DNA of 64,000 bases from Trichosphaerium sp. ATCC 40318 (Eukaryota > Protista > Tubulinea): positions 124,001-188,000 of the forward strand of contig JALMLS010000479.1 in NCBI GenBank assembly GCA_038496445.1, written 5' to 3'. The notes under the pieces are model-generated. The model was not told where the DNA came from and searched no databases. It was given only the letters and a program-made list of their open reading frames with translations. Both the position numbers and the translations under genes were made by a program. Positions 44,386-56,578 of the stretch are shown in pieces (the stretch's first letter is position 1; every line of letters begins with the position of its first letter).

Positions 44386-45608
44386 CAGTAGTAAAATCGG
44401 GAGTACGGATAATGTACAGGTAGAGTATGGGTCAAAAAGTATGGATTCCGTACAGGTTTTGTACGGGTTGAAAGTACGGGTTACGTACGGGTTGAAAGTA
44501 CGGGTTACGTACAGGTTTAATCCGGGTCAAAAGTACGGAACCCGTACGGGTTGAGTACGGGTCAAAAGTACGGGTTCTGTACGGGTTGAGTATGGGTCAA
44601 AAGTATGGGTTCTGTACGGGTTTTGTACGGGTCAAAAGTACGGAACCTGTACGGATTAGGTATGGGTCAAAATATGTGTCGGCAGTTATAATTGTGTACA
44701 CAAAATAGTAAAAACGATGGATTGGTTTATTGTTTTCTTAACTATTACAAGTACATTTACATTACAACACATTACAATACATTACATTACATTACAACCC
44801 CATTACCACTAAATGACCATGTTTTTGACCTGTTTGAGGAGATATTTTAGACATCATGCCTTAATTGTCCTAAAACCCAACTTAATATCCACAACTTAAC
44901 GACTACTTCAAAAAAATGCTTGAAACCCATAATTGCCTTTAAAAAGTGGTTTAATAGAGCTATTAGGCCATAATATCCTTAAACTACTCCAAATACATAT
45001 TTTCTGTCGTTTTTGCCTAAAAATGGTGAGTTGATCCCCAAACCATCATGAAACCATGCATTGTACCTAAATATACCTAATGCTACATTTTCTGAGCAGT
45101 TCGTACAGTCAGACCAAAGTTATTCAATAAAACAACAAAATTCAGCAAAAAGCTGCATTTTGCACTTTATTAAGTTTTCTCCTCTACTTTTTAAGTAAAT
45201 GCCCTAATAACCTTAAAACACCCTCATCTATTAATAATACATGTTTTTGTACTTACGATTACAAGCTGCCATTTAATTGCAGTAATTTTTTTTTGGATTT
45301 TTTGATCGCCAAATCCAAACAAAATTTGATGGCCAAATTTTTTTTTTGATTGCAAGTGTATACTGATGGTTGTGGTTTTGGCACACATGTGATATATGTG
45401 TACACATACATTGTATGGAAAAAGAGGAGTATATTCTGTATCCAATTTTTCATATTATTTAATTGTACTCTACCCGTATGGATCCCGTACGTAACCCGTA
45501 CAGGTAGAGTACAGGTCAACAATACGGAACCCGTACGAGTTAAGTACAGGTCAAAAGTACGGGTTCCGTACGGGTTTAGTACGGGTCAAAATCCCGATTC
45601 CAGTACTG
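44386..45608. mobile_element. non-autonomous TIR DNA transposon, element C (1,223 bp, AT target duplication)
   Basis: Imperfect TIRs cagtagtaaaatcggga / tcccgattccagtactg, flanked by AT on both sides; GTACGGG subterminal arrays at ~44400-44670 and ~45470-45590; no ORF. Confidence 0.85.
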
Positions 45609-46083
45609 ATACGCTAAGGTTTTATAATTACCAAGGTTCTTGATTAATCAGGAGAAGCAAGTACTTCAAACAGCCAAAGTACAAACATCAACAATATATT
45701 ACCAATCTAGCAAAAGACTTGAGGCTCATCCTCTTGAGATTGCTAGACTCAAGTTTGAGATATTCAAGAGAAAGTCAAAAGTGACAGGTACTTTTTTTTT
45801 TTGGTCTTGCATAATTTTCTTATTGTGGTTCATTTATGCTCCTTTTATTTTTTTACTGTGCATTTATTATTCTATGTTTTTTTTTTTTTTTTTTGCAAAA
45901 AAGGTGGATTTATTGTGCTGTGGATGACAATAACCACATGCACTGTTTGTTACATTTTGTGTTTTCACGTGTGCAATTTTAGTACAGGAGTTACATTGTT
46001 AGAATAAATGGTTTAAATCCCATTTTTCTGAGCTATCACCATCTGAGCTTTCATAGTCTGAATAATATTTATATCTTTTTCTA

Positions 46084-47122
46084 CAGTGGTGGAATCGGAC
46101 AGAACGCAAATCGCACGTTTTGGACACGTTTTGGGCACGTTTTTTTTCCACACAAAAGGCACATTTCTCTTCCACATGCTGGCCACGCAAATCGCACGTT
46201 TTGACACGTTTATTATCTACGTTTTGGGCACGTTTTAGGCATGTTTATTTTCCACGTTTTGTAGGCAATTTTGGGCATGCATATTTGCCACGCATATCAT
46301 ACGTTTTGGGCACACATAAAACACCACTTATAGAGGAAAAGAAAATAACAGTTTATGATACATAACATAATGATTACAGAGGTTTTGTACAATTATTACA
46401 AACTTTACATAAAACTATCCCCACATAAACGATACCCAGTGGAGTTGGTTAAGTGTTAAGACCAACTCCATGTTTTTGCCATTTTACCTGCTTTTTCACC
46501 AATCCTGCCTTATCGTAAATACTTTGCAAGAACTTACCTAATTAGGCAAAATCTCAATCCATCGTCTTTAAAAAGGGGTTTAATGGAGAATGAGCCATAA
46601 TATCCTTAATCTACCCTAAATACCTATTTTCTATTGTTTTTGCCTTTAAAAAATGGCACCGAATCCCAAACCACCACGAAACCATGCACCGTACCTAATA
46701 GTGGGCCATACTTCGTTTTTTAAAGGATTCGTACTAGTAGACCTGAGTTATTCACAAAAAATAGAAAATCAAGAAATTGTTGGTTTTTGGGTATTTTTAG
46801 ATTTACATCTACTTAGAGCCATGCTGATACAAACCTAACTACTGCTTACTTGGGTGAAAATACATGTTTTATTGTTGATGATTGAGGTGATCGGCTTTGG
46901 GGTGAGATAGTTGAGTTTTGAGTTTGTCAATTTTTTTATTTTGAATTTTTCTCCAAATTTCTATTAAGGACAGGTCATGGTTAAAAACAACACAATGGCA
47001 CGTTTGGGCACGTTTATTGCAAATATACAATATGCAAATGGCATGTTTTGGGCACGTTTTGGGCACTTATTTTCCACACAAATGGCATGTTTTAGTGTGT
47101 ATTTTGTCTGATTCCACCACTG
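46084..47122. mobile_element. non-autonomous TIR DNA transposon, element A (1,039 bp, TA duplication)
   Basis: TIRs cagtggtggaatcggaca / tgtctgattccaccactg; TA on both flanks; GGCACGTTTT subterminal arrays. Confidence 0.88.
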
Positions 47123-47560
47123 TATAGATTTGAGTTACAGGAGATTGGTGAAGTGGGCATGATAGTATTGATTTGAGTTTTAGGAGTTGTTGTGGGTAGT
47201 GGAGAAGGCTCAGGTGGAGGAGGTAGGCCAGCACCCCAGTCTTCCCAGAAGTCTTTAAAGTCTGATAGCCAGTTAGTTGATTTCAATAGTCACCAGTACG
47301 AACAAACTTGGCTTCATCTAAGGGCCAATCACATTGTGAGTTATCAATATTGAGAGCCACCAATAGATTTTGCTGGTGCCAAAATGCAACTTGTTGCATT
47401 TAAGGTAAATCATCATCAAATAAAACTGAATTTCTAACTTTCCAGACAGTGCATAATAGAAGATATGTGGATAGTTGTATCTTTATTAGTGGCGAGCTTG
47501 AGTATATTGTATGACCAAGTGTAAAGACCTACAGATAGATGCTTAGCTAACATTTTACCA

Positions 47561-48659
47561 CAGTGGTGGAATCGGACAAAATACGCGTGCCTAAAACGTG
47601 CCATTTGCGTGGTAAATAAACGTGTCCAAAACGTGCCCAAAACGTGCCATTTGCGTGTTGTATATTTGCATAAACATGCCCAAAACGTGTCATTTATGTT
47701 TTAACCATGGCTTGTCCTTATAGAAATTTGGCCAAAAATTCAAAATAAAAATTGACAAACTCAAAACTCAACCATCTCACCCCAAAGCCGATCACCTAAT
47801 CGTCAACAATAAAACATGTATTTTCACCCAAGTAAGCAGTAGTTAGGTTTGTATTGCCATGGCTCTAAAAGTAGGCGAAAAATCTAAAATACCCAAAAAC
47901 CAACAATTTCTTGATTTTTCTATTTTTCGTGAATAACTCAGGTCTACTAGTACAAATCCTTTAAAATGAAGTATGGCCCACTATTAGGTACAATGCATGG
48001 TTTCGTGGTGGTTTGGGGTTCGGTGCCTCTTTTTAAGGCAAAAACGATAGAAAATAGATATTTAGGGTAGATTAAGGATATTATGGCTCATTAACTCCAT
48101 TAAACCCCTTTTTAAAGATGATTATTGGATTTGAGAATTTTTGCCTAATTAGGTAAGTTCTTGCTTAAGTATTTACGATAAGGCAGGATTGGTGAAAAAG
48201 GCAGGTAAAATGGCAAAAACATGAAGTTGGTTGATATAAACTGGGTATCGTTTATGTGGGGATAGTTTTATGTAAAGTTTGTAATAATTGTACCAAACCT
48301 CTTTGTAATCGTTATGTGTTATGTATCGTAATAAACTGTTATTTTCTTTTCCTCTATAAAGTGGTGTTTTATGCGTGCCCAAAACGTGTGATATGCGTGG
48401 CAAATATGCGTGCCCAAAACGTGCCCAAAACGTGGAAAATAAACGTGCCTAAAACGTGTCCAAAACGTAGATAATAAACGCCCAAAACGTGTCCAAAACG
48501 TGTGATTTGCGTGGCCAGCATGTGGAAGAGAAACGTGCCTTTTGTGTGGAAAAAAAACATGCCCAAAACGTGTCCAAAACGTGTCTTTTGCGTGGAAAAT
48601 AAACGTGCCCAAAACGTGCCCAAAACGTGCGATTTGCGTTCTGTCCGATTCCACCACTG
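47561..48659. mobile_element. non-autonomous TIR DNA transposon, element B (1,099 bp, CA duplication), inverted copy of A
   Basis: Perfect 18-bp TIR cagtggtggaatcggaca; CA on both flanks; AAAACGTGCCC arrays; reverse-complement similar to A along its length. Confidence 0.9.
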
Positions 48660-49374
48660 CAATAGCTATAGCATAATCCCATTCGAAAAATAAACAATGT
48701 CTATGTAAAGGATAGGAAAGATCAGAGTGTTTTACAGATAATAACTTTAAAAGGTACTGCCACAAAATGTCTCTAGGTTTATTAATATCCCCCAGGGTAC
48801 TAACGCTTTTAAGCATTTTGTGGACTTTTCAACCATCATTGATCATAGATTGTATGGTAGGTGGCCACATTACGATCTTCAGGTTTGGAAGTATTAAATT
48901 TAACAATGTCAGAAACCTTAACATACTTTTGGGTTGGTGGAAATTTAATACTTGAAGCTGATTTAATCATAATAACCATAAAATAAAAACCAATTAACAA
49001 CATTTTGCCATTGGGTGTCAATGTTGTGAGGAATTTATTATCCTATGTTAATAGATTTCACTTTAGATAATGGATGTACTAAGTGTTAGCAAGGGAACTG
49101 ATGACACTGGTTACTTTAGGGCTAAGTTCATGGGCAGTGATACAAGATGCATCACCTAGCAATGTATTGTAAAGGTGGGTTCATCATTTACTCAAAAGAG
49201 AAAGGTTTCACTGGAGATGATAAATGTTATTGGTATGGATTAAATAGAACCAAGATTGATTGCAGCCATCTCTGTCACAATAAGATGTGCTGGAATTGTG
49301 CTCACCTTTGAACCTGCTGCCATTAATATCAGCAGGAATACATGTCTTAAAATGAGAGGTGCACTGGTCATAGC

Positions 49375-49729
49375 TACATGACACATACTTTTCACATGTA
49401 CATTATACATACGTGCCATGTACTTTTCACATGGATGAAATATGTATGTGGCATGTATTTTGACATGTACAATATATGTATGTGCCATGTACTTTTTCAC
49501 ACGTACAATATATGTACTTATGTATCAAAATGCACACATGGTTATTGGCAGCCACAACACCCACCTTTTTTGAAAAAAAAGATTGTTTCAAGCACAAATG
49601 GTATATGTGATAAAAACCAACACATTTAAAAGCTTTCATGACTTGGAATATACCTTGTACAGATGTATTTTTGACCTGTATCTGCCATACTATTCCTGTA
49701 CATTACCCACAGTCTCAATTTTACCATTG
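49375..49729. repeat. decayed element-C-family end with a short LINE-type 3' tail (49531-49580)
   Basis: Reverse complement of ~49657-49729 (caatggtaaaattgaga..taatgtacagg) matches the element C left end; catgtacttttcac repeats; ggttattg..cccaccttttttgaaaaaaaa tail. Confidence 0.55.
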
Positions 49730-49795
49730 ATGGAAGGCTATCATTTCTTTAACCCCTTTTTATCTCAATCAACAAATACAGTTTCTCAATTTTAT

Positions 49796-50414
49796 TTATA
49801 TATTGTAACTGTTGTATTTAGTTATACATTTTACAACTTTACTTTTTAATTGTATTGTATAGTTATCAGTTGCTGACATCAACATTGGTAAATGAGTTTG
49901 AGACATTGTTTGTATTAATTGTTGTAACTTTTCATTTTTATCATTAATTGCAGAATTAGGTTCAAAGTGTTCAAATTCCACATTGTCCATTGAAACACTT
50001 TCAAACAAATCATCACTGCTTTTATTTACCATATTTGTTATGTCATCATTAAATAATTCTGCACATAAAGCTTGCTACTTGAAGTTAATAAATAACAATA
50101 AAACAAACATACAGCTGATTTAAGGGTACTTTCAATGATTGGAAACATTTCATGCAATGGAGATGAAACTCTGGGTTGTTGAACATTAGTGGTGGTTTGT
50201 TGTGAGGGTTGGGGTGATTTTTGTCTTTCTCTAATTGCAAGAAATTTAGCAGCACGAGTGCAACTTGGATCAGATAAGGTTTTTATAACTAAAATCAAAA
50301 ATTAGTTGTAGATATACTCATGTTAATACATGTCAAAAACTCAGTTATCATGGCTGTGTCAATATTCAAAGTGGATTTAGTAGCTCGTGATCGTTTATTC
50401 AGCTGTGCTACCAT
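49796..50414 (-). CDS. hypothetical ~180-aa spliced ORF inside the repeat island
   Basis: Three ORF pieces join in frame via two short GT-AG introns; CpG-poor; no known domain. Confidence 0.35.
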
Positions 50415-50994
50415 GTCTGGAACATGCTGTAAACGTGTTAATACATGTGCATGAACAACAACGTGTACCTGCACGAGACGACGCTGCCATCCTTTGTGAC
50501 GACCATACATCCACTCTGTAGTTTGCCACGCTAACCAACGCACCTTTTTCAATGTAAGAAATCACGTGAAATAGTAGTTTGTCGTTACTTGAGGTTTTGA
50601 GCTTCCAAGCTCTGCAACGAGGGTATCAAACGCGTAATTCAAAGTTGTAATGCTTCGGTGAGCCTTGAGTTCGGATTTGAGCGCCTTTACACGTATTAAC
50701 GCAAGCGGCATGTACACAAAATGTAAAAGTTACCAACTTTTACAACGCACCTCCAAATCGCACTTATTTGGTCGATTATACTTTGTGTGGTGCGTAATCT
50801 TCTCTATTAACGCATTTATTCGTTTTCTGACTTCCACATCCATAATCTCGACAAATACACCGTGTCAGCGAAACCACTGCATCAACGATTAACGTGCTTC
50901 ACACAATACAAGGGATGGGCGAGAGTTAAGTGTACATTGTTTAATTTGTTTGCCAGTTAAGTGATTTTTGTACGCTTGTAGTTAACGTGACACG

Positions 50995-53375
50995 ATGAGC
51001 AGCACCAGGGACTTTGATTACTACGTACACAAGGCAGCACATCTCGTAAAACAAAACAAGCTACGCCAAGCCGTTCATTATTACGTGAAGGCAGAGAGCC
51101 CCAACAACGTAGATGAACAGAGCCTGAAGATATTTACGGAAAGGGGCGGTATGGTTTTTGTACAAAATGTCAACTTGGAAAAGTAAACGTAATATAGCAC
51201 TGTACCATAAGCTTGGAGAGTACGACAAGGCCATCACAGACTTCGACAGCGCACTTGAAATTAGGTACGCGCAATATTACTGCATTTTTTTATGGATTGG
51301 TTGTCTTAACATGCGCTAACCGCACCGCAACGCAGCGAGAACAATGCCAGCTTATTAAATTTACGAGGCTACGCACGATCAGCCAAAGGAGACTTCGAAG
51401 AGGCGCTGCATGATTTTGAACAGCAAACAGTGGTGGATGACAAGTGCGTGTCACGTTTTTGTTGCCAAATTAAGCGAACCGTCATAATTTATTCAAATGA
51501 CGCTCGTCGACCCTTCCTTCTTTCCTTTCTAAGTCTATAGAGATCAAAATGCTTGGTCTTCACTGGGTCTTACCTATTTCTCCCTTGGACAGTATCAAAA
51601 GTCATTGGAGTGCTTCACCAAAGGTTTGTAACCATAAAAAAAATTATACCAAAAGCACATTTTGTTGACTACAACGTACAGCTGTTGAATTGGACATGTA
51701 CAACAGAACTGTACTTGCCAATCGCGCCAATGTGTACCTCAGTCTTGGCGAGTGGGAAAAGGCACTCAAAGACTTGGACAATGCCGGTAAAATAAGGCCA
51801 CATCCGTTCGACATAGGGAAGCGTGCAATCGCACAAGCAGGCACGCCCGCACAATACAAACAAAAAAAGGAGTTACTAAATCTTGTTATATTTCAGGGAT
51901 AGGAAATGCCACACTAGCCAACACGCATATAAGCAATGCTGCGCGTGCTCTCAACTCACCTAAATTTAAGACTTCCCTTGAGTATGTCGTACGACAATGA
52001 CATGACTTGTGTCTAACCAGTACGTTGCAGGTACTACCGTGGTCGTGTCAACCTCCAATTAAAGTCATACAAGAAAGCTGCGCGAAATTTTAATAGAGCG
52101 TGGACAGCTGATAGCTCAAGGTACCCGATCTTCAAATATGTTGCTTCATGTCCTAACGCTGGTTAAAGACGCAATGTAGTCAAGTTGGCATACAGAGGCT
52201 ATGCTAAATGGCGACGAGGAGAAAACAAGGCCGCACTAGACGATCTCGATAAAGGTGCCAATAATAAAATATCATCACCCGCTTCCTACCACAATCATCA
52301 ACACTTTGCTAACCTTTCCAAAGCGTTAACCTTTGTGCCATGTCATGACGAGTGGCTAAAGTGGAGAAACCAGATATCTGCAGAGCTAAGAAAGGCTGAT
52401 GTGATTAGCAGTGACGATGTTAAAATCAATGATTCCGACGACAGCGAGACAGCAGAAGACCCTGACGATATAAACGGTACGTTACAATAATAAATAACTT
52501 GTACATCTGATAATGGTTGCAGTGCTTGAATCCACGTCTCATCAATCCAGCGGCGGGACCAGCATGGCAGGTACATTACTTTTTAAAGTGATATAGACCG
52601 TTTGGCATGATTTGTTAAGGTTGAATTGCTTTATTTAACACAACCATTAGTTGTGGCGGACAGGTTGATCAAAGACAACGCCAGCTTGAAGGAAGAGATA
52701 GGTCAGCTTCAGGGAGAGCTAGAACATCTACAACAAGTTGAGCAAGAAAAAGAGAGCCTTGAAGAACAGCTAGAAGCATTGAAGACTGAGCTCTTTCAAT
52801 CAAAGGAAATGCACACACAGACTTTGCAACAGCAACGAGACATGTACGAAGAGAAGCTTGAGTTGGAATATCAGAACGTGGAAGCACTGAAGGAGCAGCT
52901 CAATGAACTGAGAGACTCTTACGAACAAAAGCTGGAAGATAAAAATACAGAGATAGCTCAAGTGGGCGATGAGATGCAACGCAAGGAACAAGAACACAAC
53001 CTAGGTATGAGGACGTTCCACAAAGAGAACAACAAAAGAATAGATGATCTGAAGCGTATGCTGATCAACACAAAAACTGAATTTAATCAAATGATGGCAT
53101 CGTGTGTTGAACACATTGACCAAGGTATTAACCCTGAAGCTAAGATATTTGACATTGAAACTACGCAATATGCACTGCAACAACAGCAACTGCAACAGCG
53201 CCAAAGAACGGAAGAAGAATCTGGAACCAGTACAGAAACAGCTGAATTCCACAGCGGGTCAGCCTCCCTCAGCGGCGAGCCCAACGGTAATGAGGTAGAC
53301 AATGATAGCAACGATAGTGGTATGGACCACAACCACACAAATGCTAGCATCCATGATGATGACGAGTTGGAGTAG
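50995..53375 (+). CDS. TPR-repeat protein with C-terminal coiled coil
   Basis: LANRANVYLSLGEWEKALKDLDNA, YRGYAKWRRGENKAALDDLDKA; E/Q/K-rich heptads 52650-53100. Confidence 0.85.
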
Positions 53376-53502
53376 TCAAATGGGAATCGAGTGCTGTAAC
53401 ACTTGATTATTTTTTTTCTTTGTACAGTTATTTTTGCAGTGTGTTTAATATGCACAAACAGCAGCATACGACCACTGCAACAGTAAAATTGTTTGTAAGT
53501 AA

Positions 53503-54932
53503 TCATCTAGACTCTCGTATTGGCTCTATTGGCGTAGACTCAGCCTCATCAATATCATACATAAGTAGGTTAGAGCCATCTTCAATGACCAGAATGTGAT
53601 TTCTAGGCACCGGTACCCTACAACCACAAAAATCAGTTTTATCATGTCGCAACAAACTGTGCACTACGTACCACTCGCGCTTGTTCTCTGTAAGAGGTTC
53701 TGATGCAATAATGTGACAGAAGTGACGTCTATCGTGTTGCGTCATATGGTACCAAAACTGGGAGGGAGTTAACATCACTGCAACCAAACGAATAAAACGT
53801 TTTATATTTTTCAAATTAAAAAACGTGTATCCAACCCATACCTGCTCTCCAGTGCGCTCCTTGCACTCAAACTTACTTCCTGACGCATAATATAGAGACG
53901 CTGGTTCCTGACGCATAAACCATGAGCTTGTGTTGCAGTAAAGCTTCAGTGAGGCGTACGTTCTCTGGATGATCTATAAATCGTGTAGCAACTATCGAAT
54001 ATCCGTCGCTAACCACGAAATTTAGCATGGAGCAATCTCCAGTACCCAGCTCTCTAGCCCATTTACCCAGTACGCGAACAGTTCCAACCATAGCCTGTTC
54101 CAATTGCTCAACAGGATACCGTTTGTGCTTGCTAATCTCCAGAGCTTCAGCATCAGCTAGTAGTTGAAGAAATAAAGCGAAGCAATGCTCGGAGTCGGTG
54201 CTGCCTGCATTGTTTTGGTTAGCGTAAAATCACACGTGCGATTACTCAACAAGTAGACAAAAAGGGTTATGCGCGGATAGACGCCTTGAGGTGCGCACCT
54301 TGGACGCCATTGAAGATGTCATCACTCAACACAGACAGGAGTCGCCTTTTTAGTTTAGCAAAGTTGTGTACAGCGCCATTGTGCATGAATAGTAGATTCT
54401 GGAATTTGAACGGGTGGCAGTTAGCTGAATGACACCATTAGCATGCTTGACAAAACGTGTTTAGGTCAATGCTTGCCTTGGGAGGTTATGGATCCTGGCG
54501 AAGCGGCTCTGACATGTGCAAACACCAATCGTGAATAAATAGTCTCGCAGAGGCGATGCAAGTTCATGTTATTCCATGCAGGTGTCACGCTCAAAAATAT
54601 ACACGGTGACGCGACCTTAATCTTCTGTCAGCGTTTACTACATGTAAAATACGTGCCTCACCCTGTTCGTTACCTGTTTTAGGAGGATACCAACCAATAC
54701 CAAACCCATCTCCGTTCATGCATGGATTTAAGCCTGTTAGGCGTAGTTTACTATTGTAACTCTACAAAATTAGTAACTATTGTCTGAATAAAACCCAAAC
54801 AATAACGTCTGTACAATTTAATTCGAAAATACGTACTTGGTGTATAATAGAATGTGTAGGACGCGTAATGAGGTCCGCCAAACGAATAAGTACACTATTC
54901 GTGTTTCCAAAGTATACAACGAATCTGCACAT
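53503..54932 (-). CDS. class II glutamine amidotransferase (Dug3/EgtC-like Ntn hydrolase)
   Basis: N-terminal MCRF nucleophile, MNGDGFGIGWY, PAWNNMNL, FAHVRAA, ANCHPF, FMHNG, GSTDSEH, IIASEPLT. Confidence 0.92.
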
Positions 54933-55069
54933 GCCTGTAAGAGCGAGGTTTAATAGTAACTCGTAATTCTGGGCTTAGCAATGGCAAGTCAACTAAGTTC
55001 TTATCTTTAAATACTTCCCGCCCTCTGCAGCTGTAGCAATACCAATTTATTCTGCTTAGGTGTGGCATT

Positions 55070-56007
55070 ATGTCAACTACGCGCAGAAAACCAAAAGTGT
55101 ACAAACGGCGAAAAGATGTAAGCGCGGATAAAGAGAATAAAAGCAATGCCCTGCGAGCTCCAATGCGATTCAAGCTCACAGGCGCTACAAAACGTAACGC
55201 ATCAAAAAAAAAGGGTCTACTCGTGCGAAACAAGCCCGCACCAAAGAAGAGATCGCGCAAAGCGGCAAAAAAGGTGCGGTTGTCAAGTAGAAGCTGCCCA
55301 TTTTATGTAGAAAATTTTGAAAACCGCCGTTAATTTTTTTGGATTACAGGCACCACAATATGATGCAACATACTTTAAAGATCTAAATGACGAATTTGAT
55401 GACTTGGAAGGGTTTTCACTGTGCTCAGCGTCGCCTTCACCAGCCAAAAAAAAGACAGAAAAGAAGAGGAAGAACAAGAAACACAAGAAACGAGGGCGTG
55501 TTAAAGATGAAATTGAAAGCAGTTTAGTGGATGAAATTATTACACCACCAGAAGTACAGCCAGACGAGCCCAATGCACAAAACTTTAGCGCAGACACTCC
55601 AATAACGCCTGGTACTGCCTTGGTGCAACACCTTCGCTGACAGTTGTTACAGATATTTTAGATGAGATACCTCTACCTGATGAATTGGATGAGGACAGCG
55701 CAGGCGAGTTGTCAATATCAATTTCTATAGACGAGGAGGAAATGGCGATGCTTGCTGAATTATCGGATGCCTCCATTGAGTTGTCCTTTGAAGAAATCAC
55801 TGACAGCGAGGAGGAACTAATAGGAGGCGATCATGTTGTAAATGCCGCAGACCCACGCGTCAAAGAGCTTTTGACCATGCTGGAAGAATGTAAATAGAAC
55901 CTAATTGTAAATAATCACCGTACATTAAAAAAAAAAGTACGCCGCAGCTAGGAGTTATATGTTCGTTAAAGCGGCTCAAAAGCTGATAAATCCATTTGTC
56001 GACTAGT
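55070..56007 (+). CDS. basic/acidic low-complexity protein, or N-terminal extension of the Roco gene
   Basis: K/R-rich then D/E-rich exons join in frame; I could not splice it convincingly into the downstream gene. Confidence 0.45.
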
Positions 56008-56578
56008 TGCCATTGATGGCAGCGATTGAGACAATTTTTTAGTGAGGATTGCACATTGAACGCCGCGTAATGATGTAATTAAGGTGATTGCACTGCGAAC
56101 ATTCACCAAGAAACTTGACACTTAGTTAGTAAATTATAAAAGCCATCAAACTCACCTTGAGTCAAATCTTATTGTGCCTGAGACCGTGTTAGGGCTATAT
56201 TGCATCAAGTCTATGTTTATGCAAGTGGCTGAAATGCCAAACATGTCTAACAACAGTAAGGTACGCTTTTTTAGCTTGTATTAACCTCTCACGGCATTGT
56301 CGATTGCCTGTTTGAAGTCTTCTGCACTACATCGCATCTTTTTCGCGTCACTGAACGTGTTATAGGATAATTGGTATCACTTAGCATACCTCGTCACTTG
56401 TAGGCTCATGTAGCAAAATTTAGGGTGAATGGTCGTACGCCTGAAATCTGTGTTGTCCTCCTTCTCCATTGCTTGCCACTAGTATATTCAAATATTTAAA
56501 AGCACTTTTTAGCTTCGTGACTTGTCTTGAATTGGTTTATGCCAAATACAGTTGTTTTTTTGTAAAACGTACTTTCAG

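Larger units (their letters stand above)
45877..48830 (-). mobile_element. decayed non-LTR retrotransposon 3' fragment, copy 2, interrupted by elements A and B
   Basis: Colinear with copy 1 (DILWQYLLKLLSV..HCLFFEWDYAIAI|GKMLAK..IHISSIMHC; WEDWGAGLPPPP; YYSDYESSD) and shares its 3' hairpin and poly-A; may extend to ~49370. Confidence 0.7.

Noticed and set aside
44400-44670. GTACGGG tandem arrays as CRISPR or telomeric repeats
   Set aside because: No unique spacers or cas genes; irregular units lie just inside TIRs, so they are subterminal repeats.
46084-47122. Element A as a Tc1/mariner MITE (CAGT ends, TA flanks)
   Set aside because: Sister copy B has a frame-verified CA duplication and C has AT, so targeting is not TA-specific.
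48173-48697. Overlapping ORFs rich in TFWARF/HVLG/KTCPK
   Set aside because: Translation artefacts of the AAAACGTGCCC array in element B.
55950-56420. Stop-codon reassignment to explain stops between the 55070 gene and Roco
   Set aside because: Conserved genes in the window end in TAA, TAG or TGA and need no readthrough; an unresolved gene boundary is simpler.
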